A DNA stretch of 64,000 nt. Source: an uncultured Candidatus Saccharibacteria bacterium (lineage in GTDB: Bacteria > Patescibacteriota > WWE3 > UBA101185 > UBA10185). The notes beneath the pieces were generated by a model. The model was not told where the DNA came from. It searched no databases and saw only the letters and a program-made list of their open reading frames with translations. Shown piece by piece: positions 8,888-18,257 of the stretch (its first letter is position 1; every line of letters starts with the position of its first letter). The position numbers were made by a program, and so were the translations under genes. The stretch covers positions 66,252-130,251 of the forward strand of contig CAYLMU010000001.1 of assembly GCA_964385105.1 (NCBI GenBank). The letters run 5' to 3'.

Positions 8888-10621
8888 ATGCCCATTAACG
8901 ATGTACAAAAAACCAATAAACAACACGCTGTACCTCAAAACATAATGGATGTTGAATTCAAAATAATAGGGGATCTTACTATGCGGCAGTTTTTTTACCT
9001 TTTGGTTTTTTTTGGATTTGCATATTCTATTTTTACTTTGTATAACGGTTTTCTTAAATGGCCATTAATTTTATTTTTAGTATGTGCAGGGTTGGCATTT
9101 GCCTTTTTGCCAATAGAGGAGAGAAGTCTAGATCAATGGGTTGTTAATTCATTTAGGGCCATTTATAAAGACACACAATACGTATGGCGTAAAACCCCTG
9201 AAATACCTCCGGCATTTTCGTTTGAAAATATGAGTGTTGTTAAACAAGAATTAATTACTTTAACACCTACATCAAGTAGAAGAAAGCTTGAAGAATTTTT
9301 AGAAGCTCAAACAGATAAAACCGTTATCGACCCTTTGGACATTCCGGAAGTTTCTTATATAAAAATGGTTAGACAGGGGTTTAAAAATGCCGCGCCGGTA
9401 ATAGAAGTGGAAGGTGAGGTTGAACCAACATTTCCGGCATATGATGAGTCTGCCAAAAATCAGGCACAATCTTCAGAAGAACCAACACAAAACGTTCCTG
9501 TGCAAGAAGTGCCACTACAAACCCCGTCAACATCTACACCTGCACCTATACAACCGGAACCTGCTAAACAATCCATATCCACTGACACACCAAAACAAGA
9601 TCAGCCACAACAAAAACCCACAAAACCTCCTGAAGAGAAAAAGCACCATCACCCATCAATAAAACTTCCAAAACTTCCTCATGTACCACGTCCGCTATTG
9701 CCAAAACATGTAGATGAACCTATTGAGGTATCAAAAGGGCCATTCCTTGCACCGATTACGCCCGATCAGCACTCAGGCCGAAAATTCACAAGTTTATTAC
9801 CAAAACAAGGGGAAATTATCTTGCCAATCAGAGGAGAAACGGTAATACAAACTACGGAAGAGGCGGAAATTGAAGAAGATATTGAAGAAAAAGCAGAACA
9901 ATTAAGAAAACTTTTATCTCATATACGACAAACCGAAAATATTCCTGAAACCACAAGAATTGAAAGCCAAATTGAAGAGAAATCTATAGACATAAAACCA
10001 GATGAAAAAGAAGCAATACAGCCCGAAGTTCAAGACACACTCGAGCAATTAAAAAGAGACAATGAAAGATTAAAAAAAGAAATTGAACAGTTAAAACGCG
10101 AAATAACCAAACCTCAAACATCAACCGAAAGGTCTGAGAAAATTACAACGTTAAAGCGTCTTGAACACGAACAGCATGAAAAAGAAGAGGCATATTCTTT
10201 GATTAAAAATAAACTTTCAAACATCCAGGAAAAAATATTTGTAAAACGTCAACCTGAATCTGAAAATATAAGTAATGAAAATGACGTACAGGAATGGAGT
10301 ACGCCTTCTAATGCAGTTGAACCTACATATGCTAAAATGAAACCCTTAAACGAAACACCGAATTTATTATCGGGTGTAGTTGTTGACCCGGCAGATAAAA
10401 GACTTGAGGGAATAATTTTAATAGTTAAAAATAACAAAGACGAGCCGGTTAGAGCTTTAAAAACAAATCAAACCGGACAATTTAGCATAAGCACACCGTT
10501 AGCTAATGGAGTTTATACTGTTGAAACAGATAAATCGAAACGAACTAACTATACCTTTGATATAATTAAAATCGTTACAAAAGGAGAGGTAATCCCTCCT
10601 ATAGAAATAAAAGGAAAATAA
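8888..10621 (+). CDS. PrgI/VirB3-like two-TM N-terminal domain fused to a Pro/Gln-rich linker, a coiled coil and a C-terminal beta-sandwich (carboxypeptidase-regulatory-like) domain.
   Basis: The N-terminal motif IIGDLTMRQFFYLLVFFGFAYSI, followed by a second TM, resembles the PrgI family. Also present: a low-complexity PTKPPEEKKHHHPSIKLPKLP region, a coiled coil LEQLKRDNERLKKEIEQLKREI, and a C-terminal GVVVDPADKRLEGIILIV beta domain. Confidence 0.45.
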   Translation: MPINDVQKTNKQHAVPQNIMDVEFKIIGDLTMRQFFYLLVFFGFAYSIFTLYNGFLKWPLILFLVCAGLAFAFLPIEERSLDQWVVNSFRAIYKDTQYVWRKTPEIPPAFSFENMSVVKQELITLTPTSSRRKLEEFLEAQTDKTVIDPLDIPEVSYIKMVRQGFKNAAPVIEVEGEVEPTFPAYDESAKNQAQSSEEPTQNVPVQEVPLQTPSTSTPAPIQPEPAKQSISTDTPKQDQPQQKPTKPPEEKKHHHPSIKLPKLPHVPRPLLPKHVDEPIEVSKGPFLAPITPDQHSGRKFTSLLPKQGEIILPIRGETVIQTTEEAEIEEDIEEKAEQLRKLLSHIRQTENIPETTRIESQIEEKSIDIKPDEKEAIQPEVQDTLEQLKRDNERLKKEIEQLKREITKPQTSTERSEKITTLKRLEHEQHEKEEAYSLIKNKLSNIQEKIFVKRQPESENISNENDVQEWSTPSNAVEPTYAKMKPLNETPNLLSGVVVDPADKRLEGIILIVKNNKDEPVRALKTNQTGQFSISTPLANGVYTVETDKSKRTNYTFDIIKIVTKGEVIPPIEIKGK

Positions 10622-10622
10622 C

Positions 10623-11321
10623 ATGCCCATGATTAAAGCTACTACACAACAACATCTCGATATTGAAGACATTAAAGACAACATGGTTATTTTAAAAAAC
10701 GGGGCTGTTAGTGTAGTTCTTGAAACAACAGCCGTTAACTTTGACCTGTTATCCGAAATTGAACAAGACGCTATGATTGCAGCATTTTCTATGTTGTTAA
10801 ACTCAATATCGTTTCCAATTCAGGTTGTTGTGAGATCAAAAAGACTTGATATAACAAAATATCTTGAAAAAGTGCATAGGGTAGAGCAAAAAATAACCGA
10901 CCCGCTTCTTAAAATCCAGGCTCAATATTACCGCAAATTCGTACAGGAAGTTATTGAAAAAAATGATGTATTAGATAAAAAATTTTATGTGGTTATAAGC
11001 TATGGAGGCTCAGGTACGGTACAAACAGGCAAAAACCCGTTTGACTGGGTTTTGGTTTTGTTTGGTCTGCACAACCGTCGCACAAATGTAGACGTGGAAA
11101 GTGTTTTGCAAAAAGCACGTACAGATTTGGGGCCAAAAATTGACCACGTTTCTGCGGAATTTAACAGACTTGGAGTAAAAACCCGACAATTGAGCACACA
11201 AGAGTTGGTTGAATTATACTTTGATATATACAACCCAACAACGCTACACGGCCAAAGAATAAGAACAAGTGTAAGTGATTATAAAACAGCAATAGTAAAT
11301 CCTGCTATAGTTGAGGAATAA
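10623..11321 (+). CDS. VirB4 N-terminal-domain-like protein (232 aa): either a separate ORF or the split 5' part of VirB4.
   Basis: The motif HLDIEDIKDNMVILKNGAVSVVLETTAVNFDLLSEIEQDAMIAAFSMLLNSISFPIQVVVRS resembles the extreme N-terminus of Gram-positive VirB4 proteins. Its stop lies 2 nt before the next ATG, in the -1 frame. Confidence 0.45.
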   Translation: MPMIKATTQQHLDIEDIKDNMVILKNGAVSVVLETTAVNFDLLSEIEQDAMIAAFSMLLNSISFPIQVVVRSKRLDITKYLEKVHRVEQKITDPLLKIQAQYYRKFVQEVIEKNDVLDKKFYVVISYGGSGTVQTGKNPFDWVLVLFGLHNRRTNVDVESVLQKARTDLGPKIDHVSAEFNRLGVKTRQLSTQELVELYFDIYNPTTLHGQRIRTSVSDYKTAIVNPAIVEE

Positions 11322-11323
11322 AT

Positions 11324-13312
11324 ATGAAAATACCTGCAGTAACTTTATTTAAAAAAAAGCATAAAGAACAACCTGATACTCAAGCACAAGCACAAGTCAC
11401 AGAACCTGCAAATCAAAAAAAGCCTGCTGAAGTTTTGGCTGAAGGAATGATTAACGTAAAAGACATTATTGCGCCGCCGGCAATTGAAGTTGATTTTAAT
11501 TTTTTAAGGATAGGCAATACTTATTACAGAACTTTGTTTGTATCAGGTTATCCAAGGTTTGTGGGCGCCAACTGGTTATCGCCTGTGATTAACTTTGACC
11601 ACTCTCTTGATCTTTCAATGTTTTATTATCCTGTTGAATCAAAAGGAATTCTTGATGACTTAAGAAGAAAAATTACCGAAATGGAAGCTACAAGCATGTC
11701 TAATAGAGAAAAGGGTAAAATTAGCGACCCTACAGTAGAAATTGCATTAGGGGATGCTAAAGCTTTGCAGGAACAATTGGTAAAAGGTGTTGAGAAATTC
11801 TTTCAGTTTTCTTTTTATATCACTATACCCGCCGACTCGCTTGATGAACTTGAAAAAGTAACTAAGAAGCTTGAAGCCACACTCGGCTCACTTTTGTTAA
11901 TTTCAAAAACATCTACATTACAAATGGAAGACGCTTTTCAATCAACAATTCCCGCTGCCATGGATAAAATGCTTATCACAAGAAACATGGATACTACCAG
12001 TTTAGCTACAACATTTCCATTCACATCATCCGACCTTACATCAGACGAAGGAATAATGTACGGAATAAACAGGCACAATGGGTCATTAATTGTTTTTGAC
12101 AGGTTTTCGCTTGAAAATGCAAATAGTGTAGTATTTGCTAAATCCGGTGCCGGTAAATCATACATGATAAAACTTGAAGCATTGCGATTGATGGTATTTG
12201 GAGCAGAGATACTAATTATCGACCCCGAAGAGGAATACAGAGCATTGTGTGATGCTGTAGGGGGTAATTATATTAGCTTCGCAGCAAACTCCCCATCAAA
12301 AATAAATCCTTTTGACCTATCGGGAATTGCAACTGAAGGTGAAAACGAATTGGGTCAAAAACTTTTATCTTTACACACACTATTTAAGCTAATGTTGGGC
12401 GATCTTAATCCAACAGAAGAAGCGTTACTTGACCGTGCTTTAATGGAAACTTACAGAATAAAAGGTATAACAACCGATCCTGATACACAACGTTCAAAAG
12501 AGCCTCCAATTATGGAAGATTTATATAAAGTGCTGTTAGGAGCTGAAGAACCCGAAGCAAGAAGTATGGCTGAAAGACTTGAAAAATACATTAAAGGTTC
12601 GTTAACAGGTATATTTGACAATCAGTCCACAGTTAACCTCGGCAGTAGAATGACGGTATTTTCAACACGTAATCTGGAAGATATATTAAAACCCATTGCC
12701 TACTACATAATTCTTGATTTTGTGTGGACAAGAATTAAAAAGGATTTAAAAAAGCGTATATTAATTGTTGAAGAAGCATGGTCTTTGCTTCAAGACGAGG
12801 ACAGTGCAAGATTTTTATATGGTGTAGCAAAAAGAGCTAGAAAATACTATTTAGGTCTTACAACCATTACCCAGGACGTCCAGGACTTTCTAAGTTCTGA
12901 TTTTGGGAAAGCTATTGTTACAAACTCATCCATACAAATTTTATTAAAACAGCATCCGGCCTCAATTGACCAAATAGCCGAAACATTTTACCTATCTGAA
13001 GGAGAAAGAAGACTTTTACTATCTGCAGATAAAGGTGAAGGATTATTTTTTGCAGGTTCAAATCACGTTTCAGTTAAAGTAAAGGCTTCTGACGCTGAAC
13101 ATAAATTAATAACTACAAACCCGCAGGAAATTCTTGAAATGAGAAATGAACAGATTAATAAAGCTTCTGTTGATTTGCAAAAACCTGTTTACAAACCGTT
13201 TGAGCGCTTTGAGAGTAGCAAATATGATGAAATCGAAACACCACAGCAAAACCCGCAAACAAACAATGAACCAAACACTTTTCCTCAAAATCCCGAAGAA
13301 CAGTTAGCTTAG
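11324..13312 (+). CDS. virB4: VirB4/TraE-family T4SS ATPase.
   Basis: Walker A FAKSGAGKSY, a Walker B / DEAW-like motif ILIVEEAWSLL, and an N-terminal VirB4 signature IAPPAIEVDFNFLRIGNTYYRTLFVSGYPRFVGANWLSP. Confidence 0.75.
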   Translation: MKIPAVTLFKKKHKEQPDTQAQAQVTEPANQKKPAEVLAEGMINVKDIIAPPAIEVDFNFLRIGNTYYRTLFVSGYPRFVGANWLSPVINFDHSLDLSMFYYPVESKGILDDLRRKITEMEATSMSNREKGKISDPTVEIALGDAKALQEQLVKGVEKFFQFSFYITIPADSLDELEKVTKKLEATLGSLLLISKTSTLQMEDAFQSTIPAAMDKMLITRNMDTTSLATTFPFTSSDLTSDEGIMYGINRHNGSLIVFDRFSLENANSVVFAKSGAGKSYMIKLEALRLMVFGAEILIIDPEEEYRALCDAVGGNYISFAANSPSKINPFDLSGIATEGENELGQKLLSLHTLFKLMLGDLNPTEEALLDRALMETYRIKGITTDPDTQRSKEPPIMEDLYKVLLGAEEPEARSMAERLEKYIKGSLTGIFDNQSTVNLGSRMTVFSTRNLEDILKPIAYYIILDFVWTRIKKDLKKRILIVEEAWSLLQDEDSARFLYGVAKRARKYYLGLTTITQDVQDFLSSDFGKAIVTNSSIQILLKQHPASIDQIAETFYLSEGERRLLLSADKGEGLFFAGSNHVSVKVKASDAEHKLITTNPQEILEMRNEQINKASVDLQKPVYKPFERFESSKYDEIETPQQNPQTNNEPNTFPQNPEEQLA

Positions 13313-14433
13313 TTATTAATATGCATGGGAGCCATAACATGCAAGAATACAGTGTTTTCAGCCGGTTTTATTAAACATGGAGTAACATTGTCGTTGGCAT
13401 GAAAAATCAGCTTCTCAAATTTATTGTTTGATAGAAAATCAAGCAAAAATCTAGCGTTAAACATAATTTCCAGCTCCTTTTCCATCTCGCCTAAAACTTC
13501 TGCAGAAAATTCGGTGTGATTTTCACCTGTTTCTTGAGCCGAAGATGTTACCCTTATATAACCCTCAGGGCTAATAATTAATTTTAAAGTATTATTTTCA
13601 TCCTTTTTTGAAAAAACGTGAGTGAGTTTAACAGCCTCAAATAAGTCCTGAGACATAAATGCTGCCTGCACACTTGTTTGGGATGGAATTATACGTTTGT
13701 AATCAGGATACATTCCATCAATAACCCTTGTAGCTATAACCGTATCTTCACATTCAAAAATACACAAATTTTCATTCTCATTAAGATATACTTTTATATT
13801 TTCTCCACAACTGCTAAAAATCCGGGCTGTTTCAAGTAGTGTTTTTGCCGGGAGAATCAACGAGAAACTTTCGGCTTGGGATTCAATATTTAAAATTCGT
13901 TCGCTTAGCCTAAATCCGTCGGAAGCGGCAATATATAAATTACCTTCATTGTAATTTAAGTAAATTCCTGTAAATATAGGCCTTGAACTGTCGTTTGAAA
14001 CGGCAAAGCCAACCTGAGACACAGCTTCTGCAAACTCTTTTGGTGAAATTTCAAATAACGGGTTTGACGTTGTTACTTCAGGCAAAGTAGGGTAATCAAC
14101 CGAATTTATGCCGTTTATTTTAGATTTTGTCTTTCCGGCGGTAATATGCACAATATCGTTTTCCATACTGATTACAACCTGATCGCTTGATAAATTTGAT
14201 ATAAATTCGGAAAGAATCCTTGCAGGTACAGTCACAGAACCTTCTTCTTCAATAGAAGCTCCTACAAATGATGTTATGGTGGTATCAAGGTCGGTACCGG
14301 CAATTTGCAGACGTCCGTCTTTTGAAACTATAAGCACGTTAGACAACACAGGCATCGAGTGCTTAATCGGCACAGCTTTAGATACAATACCGAGACTTTT
14401 AACTAAGTTTTCTTTTAGGCAAGTAAATTTCAT
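13309..14433 (-). CDS. dnaN: DNA polymerase III beta sliding clamp.
   Basis: Colinear similarity to E. coli DnaN along its length (MKFT..., the TDL motif, FPDY-like region). Its stop codon overlaps the virB4 stop. Confidence 0.9.
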   Translation of the reverse strand: MKFTCLKENLVKSLGIVSKAVPIKHSMPVLSNVLIVSKDGRLQIAGTDLDTTITSFVGASIEEEGSVTVPARILSEFISNLSSDQVVISMENDIVHITAGKTKSKINGINSVDYPTLPEVTTSNPLFEISPKEFAEAVSQVGFAVSNDSSRPIFTGIYLNYNEGNLYIAASDGFRLSERILNIESQAESFSLILPAKTLLETARIFSSCGENIKVYLNENENLCIFECEDTVIATRVIDGMYPDYKRIIPSQTSVQAAFMSQDLFEAVKLTHVFSKKDENNTLKLIISPEGYIRVTSSAQETGENHTEFSAEVLGEMEKELEIMFNARFLLDFLSNNKFEKLIFHANDNVTPCLIKPAENTVFLHVMAPMHINN

Positions 14434-14442
14434 AAATATATT

Positions 14443-14895
14443 TTAATCAGTTGGCTTTAAAACTATATGTCTGTCAAAACCCTCGCCGATACTAAAGGTT
14501 TCAATATCATCATAGCCGCTTATAAACTCATGAATGTGTTTTCTCTCATATGCAGTCATTGGAGGTAAATGTACTTCTTCTTTAAAAAAACGTGCTCTGT
14601 CAATATAGCTTTTTGCCATTAATTCAAGCTTTTCTTCTTTTGCATCAACATAATTATTTATATCAACGGTAATATTTTTCCACTCACCAAATTTTCTATG
14701 CACAGCTAAACTTAAAAAATGCTGTAGACCACTTAATGAAGTACCGCGATAACCGATTAAAAAACTTAAGTCATCACCTTTAATGTCAATGTTTATAGCA
14801 TCACCATCCGCACTTACCTCAAATGTAGGCTCAATTTTTAAATGCGAAAAAACTTCTTTTAAGGTGTTTTTTATAAATTCGTTAATTTCCTGCAT
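14443..14895 (-). CDS. khpB: Jag/KhpB RNA-binding protein (KH + R3H domains).
   Basis: R3H-like C-terminus and the conserved position downstream of yidC. Confidence 0.75.
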   Translation of the reverse strand: MQEINEFIKNTLKEVFSHLKIEPTFEVSADGDAINIDIKGDDLSFLIGYRGTSLSGLQHFLSLAVHRKFGEWKNITVDINNYVDAKEEKLELMAKSYIDRARFFKEEVHLPPMTAYERKHIHEFISGYDDIETFSIGEGFDRHIVLKPTD

Positions 14896-15643
14896 TTTGC
14901 TTTTTTGTTCTTTTTCCTAAAACTAAATATGTTTGGGCAAGTGAAAAGACTGTTGTAGTTAAGAAATATAATACAGCCCCTGCCGGCAGTGAAATACTTA
15001 TAATTACAGATATTACTGGCATTACATATAACATCTGCTCCTGCATATTATACGCAATATCATCCGTTTTGTCAGGAGTTTGCTCGGCTATTTTTTCGGC
15101 TTTTTTAGTAAACCCTAATGACATTTTAGAAGTAAAAAACTGAAGTATTCCAACTGACAAAGCCAAAATATAAGGAAACCCTTCCGGTTTGGTAAGATCA
15201 AACCATAAAAATTCCGTATTAATTGTACTTGTGGTGAATTTAACAAAATCAAAGTAAAGTTCATGGTTCAATGACATCATGTCTTCTGTTCTGGAAATTA
15301 TAGATATTGCATTGTACAAAGCATAAATCACAATAAACATGGGTATTTGTGTTAAACATCCTGCAGCAGGATTTAGGCCATGTTCTTTAAAAAGTTCCAT
15401 TTGTGCTTCCGCCTGCTTTTTTTTGTTATTTTTGTATTTTTCTTTGATTTTATCTATTTGAGGTTGTAATTCACGCTGCTTTTTCATTTGCCTCATAGAT
15501 GGTACGAGTGTGGGTATTAGAATTACTCTAACTATAATTGTTAATAAAATAATGGCTATACCTAAATTTCCGGTTAATTGGTATAAACCGGCCAAAGTAT
15601 TTAATATTGGTTCAACTAAAATTGTGTGTAAAAATCCGCTCAT
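14882..15643 (-). CDS. yidC: Membrane protein insertase YidC (short Gram-positive/Oxa1-like form).
   Basis: Multi-TM protein with the conserved YidC core, sitting in the canonical rnpA-yidD-yidC-jag operon. Confidence 0.85.
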   Translation of the reverse strand: MSGFLHTILVEPILNTLAGLYQLTGNLGIAIILLTIIVRVILIPTLVPSMRQMKKQRELQPQIDKIKEKYKNNKKKQAEAQMELFKEHGLNPAAGCLTQIPMFIVIYALYNAISIISRTEDMMSLNHELYFDFVKFTTSTINTEFLWFDLTKPEGFPYILALSVGILQFFTSKMSLGFTKKAEKIAEQTPDKTDDIAYNMQEQMLYVMPVISVIISISLPAGAVLYFLTTTVFSLAQTYLVLGKRTKKQNAGN

Positions 15644-15645
15644 AA

Positions 15646-15861
15646 TTATTTAACAGGGTCGTAACCGCCCTTACTAAAGGGGTTGCATCTTATAACTCTC
15701 CAAACACCCATTAAACCACCTTTAAAAATACCATATTTTTCTACAGCTTCATAAGTGTAGCGAGAACAGCTTGGCTCAAAACGGCATAATTTAATTCCGT
15801 ATCTACCTGGAGAAAGGTAAGTTTTGTAAAACCTTAGTAAAGTCAGAATTAAGCTCTTCAT
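15646..15861 (-). CDS. yidD: Membrane protein insertion efficiency factor YidD.
   Basis: YLSPGRYGIKLCRFEPSCSRYTYEAVEKYG matches the YidD signature. Confidence 0.85.
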   Translation of the reverse strand: MKSLILTLLRFYKTYLSPGRYGIKLCRFEPSCSRYTYEAVEKYGIFKGGLMGVWRVIRCNPFSKGGYDPVK

Positions 15862-16162
15862 AACTTTTTCCTAAAACTTTATACTTTGGATACAATACTA
15901 TCCAATAACCATTTTCTATTTTATCAAGATTATTTCTTATTATTTCTCTAAACAATCTTTTTATTCTGTTTCTTTTAGCCGAAGATTTATGTATACGATT
16001 TGAAACTACAATACCAAATTTAGACGGACCCTCATAATTATAGGGCTTTATATAATTTATAAAAAAAAGGTCTCCGGAAGACGAGGTTTTATGTTTTTCA
16101 GATAAATACTTAACTTTTCTGAACTCATAATTTGACCTCAAGCGATTATCACTGGGTAACAT
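15803..16162 (-). CDS. rnpA: RNase P protein component.
   Basis: Basic ~119-aa protein between rpmH and yidD; the operon position is conserved. Confidence 0.8.
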   Translation of the reverse strand: MLPSDNRLRSNYEFRKVKYLSEKHKTSSSGDLFFINYIKPYNYEGPSKFGIVVSNRIHKSSAKRNRIKRLFREIIRNNLDKIENGYWIVLYPKYKVLGKSYEELNSDFTKVLQNLPFSR

Positions 16163-16171
16163 GCTATAAAG

Positions 16172-16324
16172 TTACTTCTTTTTTAGAAGAACAACAAGTT
16201 TTTTTCTACCTTTTGCACGTCGATTTTTAAGAACACGTTTTCCGCCGGGCGAGGCCATGCGTTTTAAAAATCCGTGTTTTTTTACTCTTTTTCTTTTTTT
16301 TGGTTGCCAAGTTCTTTTAGGCAT
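16172..16324 (-). CDS. rpmH: 50S ribosomal protein L34. True start is the internal ATG; the track ORF is 14 codons too long.
   Basis: [45 protein letters not shown] is a canonical L34 sequence. Confidence 0.9.
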   Translation of the reverse strand: MPKRTWQPKKRKRVKKHGFLKRMASPGGKRVLKNRRAKGRKKLVVLLKKK

Positions 16325-16402
16325 AACAACAGGCATATTAAAGCAATTAAGGTAATTAGTCAACAAAAGAAAGCGTAGTTCTAACCATAATTGCTTTATT
16401 TA

Positions 16403-16411
16403 TGTGGATAA
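16403..16411. promoter_or_regulatory. Perfect DnaA box (TGTGGATAA) in the rpmH-dnaA intergenic region, overlapping the spurious upstream ATG of the dnaA ORF.
   Basis: Exact 9-mer match to the reverse-complement DnaA box consensus. Confidence 0.6.
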
Positions 16412-16431
16412 CATTTATAGACTTATACACA

Positions 16432-17835
16432 ATGACACAGGTTTTACTAGACGAAAAAAAACTTTGGAAAGCAGTACTGGCAGAAATGGAAGTTAACTTT
16501 TCGGGTACTAACTATAATGTCTGGCTTTCAAACACACGGGCACAAAATTTAACTGAAAACACATTAGACGTGGTTTGTCCTAATTCATTTGCCCGGGAGC
16601 GGGTAGAAAAGCTGTTCAGACCTTTTTTAGAAGAAAGTGTCAGTAAAATTACAAGAAGAAAAATAGATTTGGTGTTTAAGGTAGGTTCCGTAGAAACTGA
16701 CAACTTACAAAATAAATCCAAAACAAAAAATGATGAAACTCCTTTATTTAAAAAAATTGAAAGCAATGAACAAAATATAGTACCCGCCTCAGACTTTGGG
16801 CTTAACATAACATACACTTTTGAAAATTATTTAATGGGAAACACTAATAGACTGGCCTATGCTATAGCATCATCAATAGCAGATAACCCCGGAAAATTAC
16901 ATAATCCGTTTTTTTTGTATGCAGGTGTTGGGCTTGGAAAAACTCACCTTATACAGGCAATAGGCAACAAAGTATTAAAAGACAAACCGGGATTAAAAAT
17001 TCTTTACTGTACTGGCGAGCAATTTACAAATGAATTAATTGAAGCTCTTCAAAAAGGTAAATCAAAAGGTAAATATAGTTCAGACCAATTTAGAAAAAAA
17101 TATCGAAGCGCCGATGTATTAATAATTGATGATATTCAGTTTATTGCAGGCAAAGAAGCGACTCAAGAAGAATTTTTTCACACATTCAACGATTTATACA
17201 TGAATCAAAAGCAAATAGTCTTAGCTTCAGACCGAAACCCCGAAGAATTTAAAAACATAGAAGAACGACTCACATCAAGATTTAAAAGCGGAATAATGGC
17301 CGACATACAATCTCCTGATTACGAATTACGAACAGCCATATTAAGACACAAAAGAGATAAAAATAAAGATAACATACAAAACGAAGTACTTGATTTTATA
17401 GCAGAAAATATAACAACCAACATTAGAGAATTAGAAGGAGCGTATAACCAGGTGTTAACTTATTCAAAAGCAACCGGAGAAATTCTTAATGTGGCAACGG
17501 CAAAAACAGCATTAGGAAATATAGTACAAGATAAAAGATCAAAACCTGTAAATTTAAATACAATATTAAAAGCAGTGTGCAACTATTATTCAATCACACA
17601 GACTGAGATAAAAGGCAAGAGAAGAAATAAAGAAGTGGTTATTCCAAGGCAAATAGCTATGTTTTTAATTTATGATCTTACTGAAACACCGTATTTAAGT
17701 ATAGGAGAATTTTTGGGAGGCCGGGATCATACCACTATAATGCACGGGGTATCTAAAATCGAAACTGAAATGAAAAATGACACAAAAATGAAACAGGATG
17801 TGTTAAATATTAAACAGTTTATATATCAAAACTAA
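16432..17835 (+). CDS. dnaA: Chromosomal replication initiator DnaA (start corrected to the MTQVLLDEKKLW... ATG).
   Basis: N-terminus aligns with DnaA domain I, followed by an AAA+ Walker A GVGLGKTHL and a C-terminal DNA-binding domain. Confidence 0.9.
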   Translation: MTQVLLDEKKLWKAVLAEMEVNFSGTNYNVWLSNTRAQNLTENTLDVVCPNSFARERVEKLFRPFLEESVSKITRRKIDLVFKVGSVETDNLQNKSKTKNDETPLFKKIESNEQNIVPASDFGLNITYTFENYLMGNTNRLAYAIASSIADNPGKLHNPFFLYAGVGLGKTHLIQAIGNKVLKDKPGLKILYCTGEQFTNELIEALQKGKSKGKYSSDQFRKKYRSADVLIIDDIQFIAGKEATQEEFFHTFNDLYMNQKQIVLASDRNPEEFKNIEERLTSRFKSGIMADIQSPDYELRTAILRHKRDKNKDNIQNEVLDFIAENITTNIRELEGAYNQVLTYSKATGEILNVATAKTALGNIVQDKRSKPVNLNTILKAVCNYYSITQTEIKGKRRNKEVVIPRQIAMFLIYDLTETPYLSIGEFLGGRDHTTIMHGVSKIETEMKNDTKMKQDVLNIKQFIYQN

Positions 17836-18257
17836 ATTATCCACAAAAGAACAATAAATATAATGTAAAAGTCTATTATTAATTTTAAATACACCTTTTT
17901 TCAATAAACAATAAAAGTGGATAAAAAGTTGTTAAACATAGGATAAGTACACCAGCAAAAAGAACAACTAGCACGAAGCTGAAAAAAGGTATGGAAAAGT
18001 GCTTAGGTAATCCACCAAGTTATCCACATAAATGAATACTTTATCAACATAAAAATTCATGCTTAAACCAACATCAAAAGCACTTCAATAACTAAGTAAA
18101 ACTGTCAATAAGATATTTGCAACATTTACACACAACACAACACCTAAAAACAAAGCAATAGCAGCAAAATATCACATATACTACTTATACACATGTTCTA
18201 CTATAACTACTTCTTTTTTTATAAATAAATAATACTGATGCTAGAATTGGATAACTT
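17836..18257. promoter_or_regulatory. Putative oriC: AT-rich 420-bp non-coding stretch with clustered DnaA boxes.
   Basis: Perfect TTATCCACA at 17837-17845 and 18020-18028. One-mismatch box aGTGGATAA at 17926-17934. TAATCCACC at 18008-18016. A very AT-rich putative unwinding stretch at 17846-17925. Confidence 0.65.

Noticed and set aside
17836-18257. Checked the large intergenic regions for CRISPR repeats or tRNA/rRNA genes.
   Set aside because: No regularly spaced direct repeats anywhere in the window. The only canonical tRNA signature (GGTTCGAATCC) is at 61671-61760; the oriC spacer carries DnaA boxes only.
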